From Armatimonadota bacterium (GTDB lineage Bacteria > Armatimonadota > UBA5829): a stretch of DNA of 64,000 bases. Both the position numbers and the translations under genes were made by a program. The notes beneath the pieces are model-generated. The model saw only the letters and a program-made list of their open reading frames with translations. It did no database searches and was not told the origin of the DNA. Positions within the stretch are counted from its first letter, which is position 1; each line of letters opens with the position of its first letter. Shown here in pieces: positions 17,208 to 26,608 of the stretch. Where the stretch lies: the NCBI GenBank assembly GCA_029907315.1, contig JARYME010000001.1:15613-79612 (forward strand), written 5' to 3'.

Positions 17208-19013
17208 ATGCGCTTCCCTAGAAAGTTTGTCGGTTTTCTGGTGTTAACTCTGGTAATGTTTGCTGCAAATTCTGCTGGTGCCGTATACGTAAAGGAGTTT
17301 GCGGCGAAGAATGATTTCACAGTCGGCAGCCATGAACGAACTGGGTTTGACGAGAGATTGGGCGGTCTTGCCATTCTGGACACGATTGACTGCGTGCCGA
17401 TACTTTGGGTTCCCAGTCCTACTGCAAACGCTGTTCTCAAATTAGACGGAAGGACCGGCCGCCAACTAGCTGTCTACCGGCTTGGCCCGCGAGGCGCTGA
17501 ATGGAGGCCATGCGCGGTGACTTCTGACCCGTTCGGCAATGCCTACGTGGCTTGTGCCTGTCCGGGGCGATCCGGTAAAGTCGTTCGTATCCGAGCGGTG
17601 CCCTCGGGCGACACCAACGGCGACAGTATCGTCACGACGAGTTCTGATAGAGATCAGAATGGCCTGATCGGGCTAAACGAAGTTCTCGACTGGGGTCAGG
17701 ACGATTGTGTAGACGTCCTGGCTGATACAGGTCCTGAAACACAGCCCTCAGCGCTGACGTTTGACTCAGACGGCGCGTTGTGGGTTGCACTTGAAGGGAC
17801 GTCTGCCGTAGCGCGGGTGGACCTGGTATCCGGCGTGCTTACCGCTGTGATCGAGCTTCCGGGGAAGCCGAGCAGTATTTGGGCTGATGCAGGCGGGTCA
17901 ATTTGGGTGCTCAGTCGACGTGATCATGCGTTATACCGCGTTTCGACTCGCGACCGAACAGTAGCAGCTGTGCATGACCTGGGCGATTCAAGTCCGGTTG
18001 CGATGTGCTTCGATACGTACGGCAGGATTTGGGTGGCGGACGAATACGGTACCCTTATCGTAGTTCACCCTGAGCATGGGATGCTGTTCAGGTATGCAAC
18101 CGACTACTGCGGCGGATTCGCTGGTATAGCTGTCGATGACGATGGGAATATCTGGGCTTCGTGTCCGGTGAAAGGGCTCGTCACGTGCTTCTCAGCCGTC
18201 GACGGCGCCGTAATGGACGAAATACCTGTGGGTGGCTCACCACAGCAGCTTTGTTTTGACTCTGATGGCACGCTGTGGGTGCTCAATGGGGAGAACAAAA
18301 CTGTGAGCGGGATAGATGTCGGCGACCGCAGAGTTGTCAGAACCGCACCCTCTCTGCCTGCTTCTTGTAGCAGCACACCTTTCTCCTCCGCAGTGTACGT
18401 GCGCGGTATTCCGTCCAACGGCACCTGGACGGTGCTCATCGACGCCGGCACGCCGGATGCTGCTTGGGGAACGGTAGTCTGGAAAGCGGAAGAGAACGGG
18501 GGACAGGTTCAAGTTGAGGCTCGGGCTGCTAATACGCCTGCCGAGCTTCCACTTTGCGCGTATGTGTCGGTTCGCAGTGGAGAAGCTCTCTCGGTCGGCG
18601 AAGGAAGGTATCTTGCCCTTCGGATTAGCCTTACTCGCGGTCCAAAATGGTCGCCGGTGGTCAGATGGGTGCGAGTCGAGGGCAAGAACCGACCGCCCGA
18701 CACAAGTGGGGCTGTTGCTCTTATCGATACCTCAAAACCAGGAACGGCAGGTTACTTGCCAATCATTATTGGCGGAATCGTTGATCCAGATGGGGACAGC
18801 TTCACAGTCAGAATAACCAGTGTCACGTTCGACGAAAGTGCTAGCCACTGTGCGACGCCTGGCGACGATGCACAACTGCTTGGGATCGGTAGTCCGACGT
18901 TGTGGATTCCGGACAAGCTTCTGAAAGGCCAAGGCGGCTGCAGTATATCATTCCAGGCCATAGACTCTGAAGGTGGAGTGTCTGAGGGTGTTGTGCAGCT
19001 TGCTCCGAAATAA
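17208..19013 (+). CDS. Secreted beta-propeller repeat protein (Vgb / streptogramin-lyase-like or NHL-like repeats)
   Basis: A signal peptide (MRFPRKFVGFLVLTLVMFAANSAGA) after an AGGAGG RBS. It has repeated D(S/T)(D/Y)GxhW(V/A) motifs (DSDGALWVA, DTYGRIWVA, DDDGNIWAS, DSDGTLWVL). Confidence 0.55.
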   Translation: MRFPRKFVGFLVLTLVMFAANSAGAVYVKEFAAKNDFTVGSHERTGFDERLGGLAILDTIDCVPILWVPSPTANAVLKLDGRTGRQLAVYRLGPRGAEWRPCAVTSDPFGNAYVACACPGRSGKVVRIRAVPSGDTNGDSIVTTSSDRDQNGLIGLNEVLDWGQDDCVDVLADTGPETQPSALTFDSDGALWVALEGTSAVARVDLVSGVLTAVIELPGKPSSIWADAGGSIWVLSRRDHALYRVSTRDRTVAAVHDLGDSSPVAMCFDTYGRIWVADEYGTLIVVHPEHGMLFRYATDYCGGFAGIAVDDDGNIWASCPVKGLVTCFSAVDGAVMDEIPVGGSPQQLCFDSDGTLWVLNGENKTVSGIDVGDRRVVRTAPSLPASCSSTPFSSAVYVRGIPSNGTWTVLIDAGTPDAAWGTVVWKAEENGGQVQVEARAANTPAELPLCAYVSVRSGEALSVGEGRYLALRISLTRGPKWSPVVRWVRVEGKNRPPDTSGAVALIDTSKPGTAGYLPIIIGGIVDPDGDSFTVRITSVTFDESASHCATPGDDAQLLGIGSPTLWIPDKLLKGQGGCSISFQAIDSEGGVSEGVVQLAPK

Positions 19014-19310
19014 GATTATTGCCTAGAACAACCTTGTAGGCAGGCAACGGTCATCAAACGATATTTTTTCGATACTATACCAGGCTTGGCTCGGCATTCT
19101 CTCGAAATTGCTGCGCGTGGATACCGAACCTAGCCTGGTCTTAACGTTTAAGATTGGGTTACCGTGCAAACGCAGTAATTTTTGACTATGTTTTCTGTTA
19201 CGCAGCGCCGTAGCCCTAAGCAGATGTGTATAACCAAACGCGCTGCAGTTTTTCCACTTCATAGCCGCAAGCTCTGTCCCATCTAACTTTTCCACGTGCA
19301 ACTTCTCCTA

Positions 19311-19339
19311 TTGACGCACGTTTGTGTTGGTGTAATACT
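19311..19339 (+). promoter_or_regulatory. Sigma70-like promoter candidate upstream of yggS (TTGACG - 17 nt - TGtAATACT)
   Basis: TTGACG at 19311-19316 and an extended -10-like tgtaatact at 19331-19339, about 60 nt upstream of the ATG at 19401. Confidence 0.35.
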
Positions 19340-19343
19340 ATTT

Positions 19344-19392
19344 CCCGTCAACCTTGTAACGGGTAAGCATCGCGTGCAAATGGGTTGACGGG
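19344..19392 (+). promoter_or_regulatory. Perfect 10-bp inverted repeat (CCCGTCAACC ... GGTTGACGGG) in the yggS leader; predicted stem-loop abutting the RBS
   Basis: Arms at 19344-19353 and 19383-19392 with a 29-nt loop. The 3' arm ends 8 nt before the start codon and overlaps the G-rich SD-like stretch. Confidence 0.4.
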
Positions 19393-19400
19393 GTAGGGCG

Positions 19401-20075
19401 ATGTCACTTATTGGTGAAAATCTCCAATCTGTTCGTGAACGCATAGAAGCGGCAGCTCACAGGGTAGGCCGCAACCCTGACGACATCATTCTGGTTGCGG
19501 TTACTAAGACTAGATCGGTCGATGAGATTAAAGAAGCCATTGCACACGGCATTTGCCATATTGGAGAGAATTATGTACAAGAGGCTGAGAAGAAATTCCC
19601 TGAGATAGGGAGTTCTGTCCGCTGGCATATGATAGGACATCTACAGCGAAACAAAGCCAAGCACGCGGTGGAAATATTCGACGTCGTTCACAGCGTAGAC
19701 AGCGAACAACTAGCTCGCGAGCTTGGACGAAGGGCACAGGCAGCGAACAAGTGTGTTGATGTCCTGGTGGAGGTCAATATTTCAGGCGAGCAGACCAAAT
19801 TTGGGGTCGGACCGGACGATGCGCTTGAGCTCGTGGAAACAATCCGAGAGATATCAGGGATTCGGTTGTGCGGGTTAATGGGGATGGCGCCGATTGTAGA
19901 AGATCCGGAGGAAACTCGCCCATACTTCGCTAAACTAAAAGAGCTCTGGGATAAACTACCAGAGGAGAACCGTATCTATCTATCAATGGGGATGACTCAG
20001 GATTTCGAGGTAGCAATCGAAGAAGGTTCCAACATGGTTCGCATAGGAACGGCCATCTTCGGGCCGAGGGCCTGA
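19401..20075 (+). CDS. yggS: YggS-family pyridoxal-phosphate homeostasis protein
   Basis: 224 aa alanine-racemase-N-like PLP barrel with a VAVTKTRSVDEIKEAIAHGICHIGENYVQE motif. Confidence 0.8.
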   Translation: MSLIGENLQSVRERIEAAAHRVGRNPDDIILVAVTKTRSVDEIKEAIAHGICHIGENYVQEAEKKFPEIGSSVRWHMIGHLQRNKAKHAVEIFDVVHSVDSEQLARELGRRAQAANKCVDVLVEVNISGEQTKFGVGPDDALELVETIREISGIRLCGLMGMAPIVEDPEETRPYFAKLKELWDKLPEENRIYLSMGMTQDFEVAIEEGSNMVRIGTAIFGPRA

Positions 20076-20190
20076 TGCGCCCTGCCGGGTTTGCGGTCGG
20101 CAAGAAAGGGAATAACTAGTGATATGTTGTTTGTTGCAGCATAGGCGGATGGTATGCTGCGACGTTGTCATATAGTAATCGGACGGGAGG

Positions 20191-20652
20191 ATGAGGACTT
20201 TGAGAGCTGCTCCGCTTGAGGATCACGATGATCAACCGAAGGGTTTCTGGACACGGTTCAAGGAGAAACTTGGGTTTGGGGACTACTACGACGAGGACGA
20301 AATAGAGTTTGTCGAGGATGCCGGTGGGAGACGCCGAGGTTCGCCGGTAAAGCTGGGTCCATCTCGGTTGAACCATGTGTCTGTCTGGTTGACGGTGCAG
20401 TCCTTTGACAACGCTCAGCAGGCAGCAGATGGGCTCAAGCTGGGACACCAGCAAATCGTCAACCTTGAAAAAGCAACGCCTGACATGTGCACGCGCGTTA
20501 TCGATTTTCTCAGCGGTGTAACCTACGCGTTGGATGGATATGTGGAAAAGGTGGGCGAGAGAGTTTATATGTTTACGCCTGCAAACTACGTTATCGAAGT
20601 CGAAAACGGTGAGAAAGGACGCCGCGTTCAGGGACCGTTCCGCGAGAACTGA
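20191..20652 (+). CDS. sepF: Cell division protein SepF
   Basis: The C-terminal domain carries QQIVNLEKATPDMCTRVIDFLSGVTYALDGYVEKVGERVYMFTP, the SepF signature. The N-terminal linker is acidic. Confidence 0.8.
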   Translation: MRTLRAAPLEDHDDQPKGFWTRFKEKLGFGDYYDEDEIEFVEDAGGRRRGSPVKLGPSRLNHVSVWLTVQSFDNAQQAADGLKLGHQQIVNLEKATPDMCTRVIDFLSGVTYALDGYVEKVGERVYMFTPANYVIEVENGEKGRRVQGPFREN

Positions 20653-20706
20653 TTGCTACCGCCTGATGCGCGTCCGTTGCCTCGCTGCAGCTGGGACAGA
20701 CTTGCG

Positions 20707-21519
20707 ATGAATAATCACTGTGGAAAGCTTACGGTAATCGGTGCAGGTGCAATGGGTTACGCTTTTGCGGAAGGCGTAATCCGACAAGGTTTGTGTGAAC
20801 CTAAATCCGTAACCGTATCGGACATCGATGCGAGCAAGTTGTCTTTCGCCTCGACCCGTCTCGGTGTGTCTACAACGCACGACAATAAGGAAGCCGTTAA
20901 AGGGGCTCGTGTTATTCTCATCGCCGTCAAACCTTCGGTGGTCCCCATTGTTCTGAATGAGATCCGGGATGCGTTGCAGTCGGACCAACTGCTGATATCG
21001 ATTGCTGCAGGGGTGCGCCTGGCTGCAATTGAGTCGCGTCTGCCGCCCCAGTCAAAAGTCATACGCGCCATGCCGAATATAGCGTGCAAAGTGGGTCGAG
21101 GTGCGATTGCGTATGCACGCGGCAGCGTCGTTGAAGAAGAGGACGTAAAGACGGCAAGGACTGTTCTCGAAGCTGTGGGCTTGTGCGTGGAGGTCCCGGA
21201 GAACCTGATGAACGCGGTTACAGGTCTCAGCGGAAGCGGACCGGCCTATGTGTTTGTGCTGATAGAGTCGTTGGCAGATGCGGGTGTTCGCCTCGGATTG
21301 CCTCGGGATACTGCTCTGACTTTGGCTGCTCAGACAGTGTTGGGAAGCGCACATATGGTTATTGGCACTGCTGAGCATCCAGCAAAGCTGAAGGATCTCG
21401 TAGCCAGTCCAGGGGGTACAACTATTGCTGGTTTGGATGCGCTTGAGCACGCGGGTTTTCGAAGCGCCATTATTGATGCCGTAAAAGCGGCTGCCGCGCG
21501 AGCTGATGAGTTGGGGTAG
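20707..21519 (+). CDS. proC: Pyrroline-5-carboxylate reductase
   Basis: VIGAGAMGYAF Rossmann motif and a C-terminal SPGGTTIAGLDALE dimerisation motif. The start at 20707 is chosen to avoid a long N-terminal extension. Confidence 0.8.
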   Translation: MNNHCGKLTVIGAGAMGYAFAEGVIRQGLCEPKSVTVSDIDASKLSFASTRLGVSTTHDNKEAVKGARVILIAVKPSVVPIVLNEIRDALQSDQLLISIAAGVRLAAIESRLPPQSKVIRAMPNIACKVGRGAIAYARGSVVEEEDVKTARTVLEAVGLCVEVPENLMNAVTGLSGSGPAYVFVLIESLADAGVRLGLPRDTALTLAAQTVLGSAHMVIGTAEHPAKLKDLVASPGGTTIAGLDALEHAGFRSAIIDAVKAAAARADELG

Positions 21520-21523
21520 CACT

Positions 21524-22141
21524 ATGGCGATAACTCCAGTGGATATAACACATATTCGCTTCAAAACATCGTTCAGAGGGTACAACAGGCAAGAGGTAGA
21601 TGCGTTTGTCCAATCCGTCAAGGAGGCGCTAGAACAGGCGCTGACGGAGAAGTCAGAGCTTCAGAGAAGGCTGGAGACCGTACAAGAAGAACTGGATAGA
21701 ATTAGAAAGATTGAGGCGACGATGTCCAGCGCATTGACCATTGCACAGAGAACCGCTGACGAAGTCCGAACAAATGCGCGGCGGCAGGCAGAGATGATAC
21801 TACAGGAGGCGGAACAGTCTAGAGTCCGCATGACTATTGAGGCTCAGAAAGAAGTGGAACGGTTGCAGGTAGAGATAGCCAAATTGCAGGGCGTGCGAGA
21901 CCGTTTAATCGCCGAACTGTCTTCTACACTGGATGCATTCAAAGACTTGCTCGAGAGGCGCGTTGTTGCTTTCCGAGCAGAAGAAGGCGTCGATGCAGGA
22001 TCCAACAAAGAAGAGACTCCTGATTCCTCTTCGTGTGCTAATCTAAAACCCCAGGCGCCTGACTCACCGGATGCACCGGCTCCCGGCGACCTTGCTAACG
22101 AGATGCCTCAGGGTGGTTCGAACGCTGCGGAGGTCGCGTAG
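21524..22141 (+). CDS. divIVA: DivIVA-domain protein
   Basis: MAITPVDITHIRFKTSFRGYNRQEVDAFV is the canonical DivIVA N-terminus, followed by coiled coil. It closes the cell-division cluster yggS-sepF-proC-divIVA. Confidence 0.8.
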   Translation: MAITPVDITHIRFKTSFRGYNRQEVDAFVQSVKEALEQALTEKSELQRRLETVQEELDRIRKIEATMSSALTIAQRTADEVRTNARRQAEMILQEAEQSRVRMTIEAQKEVERLQVEIAKLQGVRDRLIAELSSTLDAFKDLLERRVVAFRAEEGVDAGSNKEETPDSSSCANLKPQAPDSPDAPAPGDLANEMPQGGSNAAEVA

Positions 22142-22149
22142 ATCCACAT

Positions 22150-23142
22150 ATGGTTACAAATATTCCAAACGCTTGCTGTCGCGTGCCGCGTTGGTATTTC
22201 TTCGCGCTGGGAATTCTCGTCGGTGCGATTGTCGGTGTCAATGCTGCTGGCAGCTTATTGGTTGGCGGCGTTCAAACCAAGGGCACGGAGTTAGTTCACG
22301 TGGGTCCGCTGAGTCCGGCCGCGAGGGTGTTTGCGTTGTTTCTGGCGCTTGCGAGTCTGCTTGGGATCGTCGTTGCTGCGTGGTTTATTTCTAGACGGCG
22401 TTATTATCTGAACAGACCTCGTCCTCGGATACAACCTCAGGTTCTGCTCCTAGGCTTTCTTGCCGGTGTTCTGGCGAATATTCTGTTCGGCGGGATTTTG
22501 GCGGGTAGTCTGCTCATATGTGGCGTTGAGCCGGTGCGAGATGTCTATACCGCAATCCATATCGTCGCCCAGAGTGTGGCTGCGGTTTTGGGATTGCTGG
22601 CTGCGTTTGCGGTTCTTCGGTTTCTGACGTCATACACCCGCGAGGACGTGCGAGAAATAGGTTGGCGTTCCGGAAATTTTCTCCGCGAAGTGATTTGGGG
22701 CGTTGCGGGATATTGTGGTGCGATGCCGTTCGTGGGTTTGTCTGTTGCAATTGCGCAGTATTTGAGCAGGATCTTGTTCAGAGAAGCTGTTTTTCCTGAA
22801 CACCCCATAGTAGGTCAGTTGCTGGAGGGTAGGGCGGCGTTCGCAGCCGCAGTGTTTCTTGCGGCGATCGTCGCTCCGATAGTGGAGGAAGTGTTTTTTC
22901 GTGGGTATTTGCACACTGCGCTGCGCTCGGTTATGGGTTTCTGGGGCGCTGGGGCGACGTCCGCTGCGATATTCGCGGCGATCCATCCTACTATGCCAGT
23001 TGGTTTTCTGCCGCTATTTGCCCTCGGGTTCGTACTCGCTGTATTGCGGGAGTCCACAGGCTCGTTGGTTCCCTCAATGGTGTGTCACTGTGTCAATAAC
23101 TCCGTAGCACTGGCGCTCGTGCGAATTATCTATGGTGGGTAG
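22150..23142 (+). CDS. CPBP-family (CAAX) intramembrane metalloprotease
   Basis: EEVFFRGYLH (motif 1), FAAIHP (motif 2) and HCVNNS (motif 3) in a polytopic membrane protein. Confidence 0.75.
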   Translation: MVTNIPNACCRVPRWYFFALGILVGAIVGVNAAGSLLVGGVQTKGTELVHVGPLSPAARVFALFLALASLLGIVVAAWFISRRRYYLNRPRPRIQPQVLLLGFLAGVLANILFGGILAGSLLICGVEPVRDVYTAIHIVAQSVAAVLGLLAAFAVLRFLTSYTREDVREIGWRSGNFLREVIWGVAGYCGAMPFVGLSVAIAQYLSRILFREAVFPEHPIVGQLLEGRAAFAAAVFLAAIVAPIVEEVFFRGYLHTALRSVMGFWGAGATSAAIFAAIHPTMPVGFLPLFALGFVLAVLRESTGSLVPSMVCHCVNNSVALALVRIIYGG

Positions 23143-23181
23143 GTTGCAGCGAATAGCTGGTTCTAGCAGAGGGATAGTTCT

Positions 23182-25548
23182 ATGGCCGCGTCTCGCCTTT
23201 TGAGCACTACTGTCTTGTCGACGACACTTCTTTCAGCACATCTGCTCTTTGTGGAAGTAGGAAATGCCAGTTCGCCTGTGCCTCTTTCGTGGACGAAGTG
23301 GCGGGTCAGCAACATGCGGTACTGCGGCGGCAAGCCGCCCCAAGTCGTTTTCGATGGTACAAAGTCGATAGTTCAACTGACCGGAAACCATCCATGTACT
23401 CTGTCGCACGTCGTATCGTACGCAGATTTAGGGCGGGACACCTTCGTTCTGCGATTCGGTAGAGTATCTCCTGGCGTCCGATGGCAGGTGTCCTTGCTCA
23501 CCCGTGGTAAAAAGCCCCAAAGATACATACTGGTTTCAGGCACAGGGGGTGGCACTCACTGGGTTCCATTTGCGACGGCAGGACTCCCGCGATGGCTGAA
23601 TGCCGTGGTCGAAGTGAAACTTTGGTCTGACGCCCCGGCTACGGCTGAGATTGTCTCGTGGGAAATCCGTTCTCCTGGGAGTAACCCAAACCTTTCACAG
23701 CAAACTGCTGCTTACTCGAGGCTAGTGAAGGCGAATCCCTTAGAACGTGGACTGGTCCCGCATTGGAGCGTTTCTCAGGGTGCGTTTGTGTGTGCTTACA
23801 ATGCAACTCACCCAGAGCACTACAATTTCTGGCTGGAGGACGAAGGGGAAGCGCTGTGGTCGTTCGGCAATTACCCAGAAATGATGAGGCTGTACGGTAA
23901 ATCGCTCCGAGACTTCATTGTTCGGAGGTGTCGTTACGGTGCTCCGGTGCGCCGCGTTAACGATCAGCCGTTACTAGCTGAGGAGCCTCCCGCCGACGGA
24001 AAATTCGCTGTGGACACTGGTCTTCTTTTCGTTGAAGGTAACTTGTCTACTAATCCGCAAATAAGCCTGCACCACAGTACCTACGAAACTTTTGGGCTTT
24101 TAGCGCGGATTGCCGATTTCGGATTTCAGTACACTGACGAGCACGGGTTGCTGCGATCGCTTTCGTTTAATAGACCGAGTGCGTATCGAATACAGCTCGA
24201 TTCGCCGAGAAGAGATGCTGTTGAATTGATGATTTGCTCGCGTGACGATAGGGTTGAGGGTAAATTTAGAATTGTCGTGTATCGGGGTTGTGTTCGTATC
24301 TATGCTAGTCTTATTGGTCGCAAGCGCTGGACACGAATCAGTAAAACGAAGGCCATGTTTCGTCTTGTGAACTGCGATCAGTACTATCGTTCCCCGCTGA
24401 ACTCAGTTAAGAACTACGGAGACGTAACGCTGCTTTGGTCTGAGCAACCGCGCCTGGAATTCTGCAACCTGGTGCGCGTTTCAGGTCGGGCAGCGCGCGA
24501 CTGCGCAGTGGAGCGAACAGGCGCCAACATCTCGCGTGTAACATTTGCAGCGCACTTGTTGAGTTCTTCTGCTTTCTCTGAGATTGCGCTGCTGCATGCT
24601 GCCTCGAGGTCCTTTGCTGCCCATTTAGAGATCTACAAGCACATCGATTTCGACGACGCAGATATCAGTATGTCGTTTGTCAACAGCTATCCGCTGCTTG
24701 GGCTTGCCACGTACTGCTACAGATTCCCAGAGGACAAAGAAGCTCGTCAAGTGGCAGATCTGCTGATGAGTAACTACGTTAGCGCGCGGGAGCGTCTTCG
24801 AAGCCGCGAGCTTGCTTATCTGGCGTGGGCTCTTGATCTGTTGGGCCGGTCGAAAGAGGCGCAGTTGGTGGGGGATTTAATAGAACACCGCGCGGCGACA
24901 GAAAGCTACACACCGCATGACATGGCCGGTATGGCCATTGCTCTTCGCAGACTTGGACGATGGGAAGCGGCGGACAGGATATGTGCCGCCTTGGACAAGG
25001 CGTGGACAGGAGTAGCACAGCCTGCCGACTTTCTGGCGTTGGGTGCTGGGCGTTCGCCGTCTTTAGCTGAACGGTGCTTCAAGCAGCTCAGTGCTGGGCT
25101 GCGCAACATGGTGTGGGATTCTCCAGAAAGGCTAACTTTTCACTCACACACATTTGTTGAAGAAGCAGCCTCGGAAGCCCAGTCGTACATGCTTGTAGTC
25201 TTCGATCTCATTTCTCAAACGTGTGGCGGTATCGTTCCTGTGAGACTAGGCTTGGAGCCCGCAACGGAGATTACTGGACTGGACTTCGACCAAACCTCTC
25301 GCACTTGCACAATCTGGCTGTCAAACGCCGGAGAGATCGATGTGTTTACTCGCTATAGGGTTCCCTCCAGGATAGAATGGAACGATTGTCTTTTGGATCG
25401 GAGTAAGTGGTATTATCACTCGGCATCGGGTACAGTTCGGATATCTGGTTTGAACGGCAGTGGTAGGTTGGTAATCCGGGTTGAGGACGATCAAAAAGCC
25501 AATGAATGGGAACCGATTGACTACATAGGTTTACACAAACTACACTAG
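23182..25548 (+). CDS. Hypothetical 788-aa protein with an N-terminal hydrophobic (signal-like) segment; no recognisable catalytic motif
   Basis: Long ORF with coding-like composition. The N-terminus LLSTTVLSTTLLSAHLL is hydrophobic, and helical repeats in the C-terminal half might be an (alpha/alpha)6-type fold. Confidence 0.4.
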   Translation: MAASRLLSTTVLSTTLLSAHLLFVEVGNASSPVPLSWTKWRVSNMRYCGGKPPQVVFDGTKSIVQLTGNHPCTLSHVVSYADLGRDTFVLRFGRVSPGVRWQVSLLTRGKKPQRYILVSGTGGGTHWVPFATAGLPRWLNAVVEVKLWSDAPATAEIVSWEIRSPGSNPNLSQQTAAYSRLVKANPLERGLVPHWSVSQGAFVCAYNATHPEHYNFWLEDEGEALWSFGNYPEMMRLYGKSLRDFIVRRCRYGAPVRRVNDQPLLAEEPPADGKFAVDTGLLFVEGNLSTNPQISLHHSTYETFGLLARIADFGFQYTDEHGLLRSLSFNRPSAYRIQLDSPRRDAVELMICSRDDRVEGKFRIVVYRGCVRIYASLIGRKRWTRISKTKAMFRLVNCDQYYRSPLNSVKNYGDVTLLWSEQPRLEFCNLVRVSGRAARDCAVERTGANISRVTFAAHLLSSSAFSEIALLHAASRSFAAHLEIYKHIDFDDADISMSFVNSYPLLGLATYCYRFPEDKEARQVADLLMSNYVSARERLRSRELAYLAWALDLLGRSKEAQLVGDLIEHRAATESYTPHDMAGMAIALRRLGRWEAADRICAALDKAWTGVAQPADFLALGAGRSPSLAERCFKQLSAGLRNMVWDSPERLTFHSHTFVEEAASEAQSYMLVVFDLISQTCGGIVPVRLGLEPATEITGLDFDQTSRTCTIWLSNAGEIDVFTRYRVPSRIEWNDCLLDRSKWYYHSASGTVRISGLNGSGRLVIRVEDDQKANEWEPIDYIGLHKLH

Positions 25549-25577
25549 GTTCTGGACCGGATGAGGAGGTTAATCAG

Positions 25578-26495
25578 TTGTCGACGCCTAGGATTACGGT
25601 CGTAGGAAGCTCGAACGTGGACATCGTCGTGAAGGCTGATCACATTCCTCGGCCCGGCGAGACAGTAATAGGCGGCGACTTCGTTATGGTGCCGGGTGGC
25701 AAGGGCGCGAATCAAGCTGTGTGCGCTGCGAAACTCGGAGCTGACGTCACTTTGGTCGCCAGGGTCGGGGACGACGCTTTTGGGCGGATGTCGCTTGAGA
25801 ACTTCGAGAAATCGGGAGTGCGAACCGATTATGTGATAGTGGATAGAGAACATCCAAGTGGCATAGCCTTGATCGCAGTGGATTCCAGGGGCGAAAACGC
25901 TATCGTAGTAGCGCCGGGGGCAAACCACGCGCTTAGTCCGGCGGATGTCGATAAAGCGAAGTCAGCTATCGCAGAGTCGAGTGTTCTGGTGGTACAGCTC
26001 GAGATTCCTGCTGAAACAGTGCAGAGAGCAATAGAACTCGCCAAATCTCTCGGCATTAGAGTGATATTGAACCCTGCGCCTATTCGACCTTTGTCCAGAG
26101 AGCTCCTGGCACAGGTGGATGTGTTGGTTCCCAATGAGCACGAGGCGGCGTACCTGGTGGGGGAGGACAGCAGCGAACATCTCGATCCGAAACGGGCAGC
26201 GCGTCAGCTTCGCGAGTTAGGAGTTGCGAACGTTATTATCACACTTGGTTCGGCTGGCGTGCTGGTGGCAACCGACTCTGCCGAGTCGCTAATTGAAGCA
26301 TTCAAGGTGGAAGCCGTCGATACCACAGCAGCCGGTGACGCGTTTACAGGCGCGCTTGCTTGCGCGATAGCCGAAGGTTCAGCCATAATGGAGGCTGCGA
26401 AATTTGCTGCAAAGGTCGCCGCCATTTCTGTGACTCGAATGGGAGCTCAGACTTCAATGCCGTCAAGGGAGGAGGTGAACAACTGGAGCTTTTGA
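25578..26495 (+). CDS. rbsK: Ribokinase (PfkB family)
   Basis: VVGSSNVDIVVKADHIPRPGETV N-terminus, GGKGANQAV motif and a C-terminal DTTAAGDAFTGALA motif. TTG start with an AGGAGG RBS 8 nt upstream. Confidence 0.8.
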   Translation: MSTPRITVVGSSNVDIVVKADHIPRPGETVIGGDFVMVPGGKGANQAVCAAKLGADVTLVARVGDDAFGRMSLENFEKSGVRTDYVIVDREHPSGIALIAVDSRGENAIVVAPGANHALSPADVDKAKSAIAESSVLVVQLEIPAETVQRAIELAKSLGIRVILNPAPIRPLSRELLAQVDVLVPNEHEAAYLVGEDSSEHLDPKRAARQLRELGVANVIITLGSAGVLVATDSAESLIEAFKVEAVDTTAAGDAFTGALACAIAEGSAIMEAAKFAAKVAAISVTRMGAQTSMPSREEVNNWSF

Positions 26496-26608
26496 ATAGC
26501 ATCTTCGAATCAAATGCCGCGTTTCGCGGCCAAGAAGGAAGTTCCCTGCAGCGAGGGAGTAATATAAGCTGTCAGATACGATAAAACCTAAGAAAGGAGC
26601 ATCTCTAT

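Noticed and set aside
26516-26530. A short hairpin GCCGCG-TTT-CGCGGC between rbsK and ppiC as a terminator
   Set aside because: No U-tract follows it (the next bases are CAAGAAGGAAG). It is more likely an incidental palindrome or an mRNA stability element.
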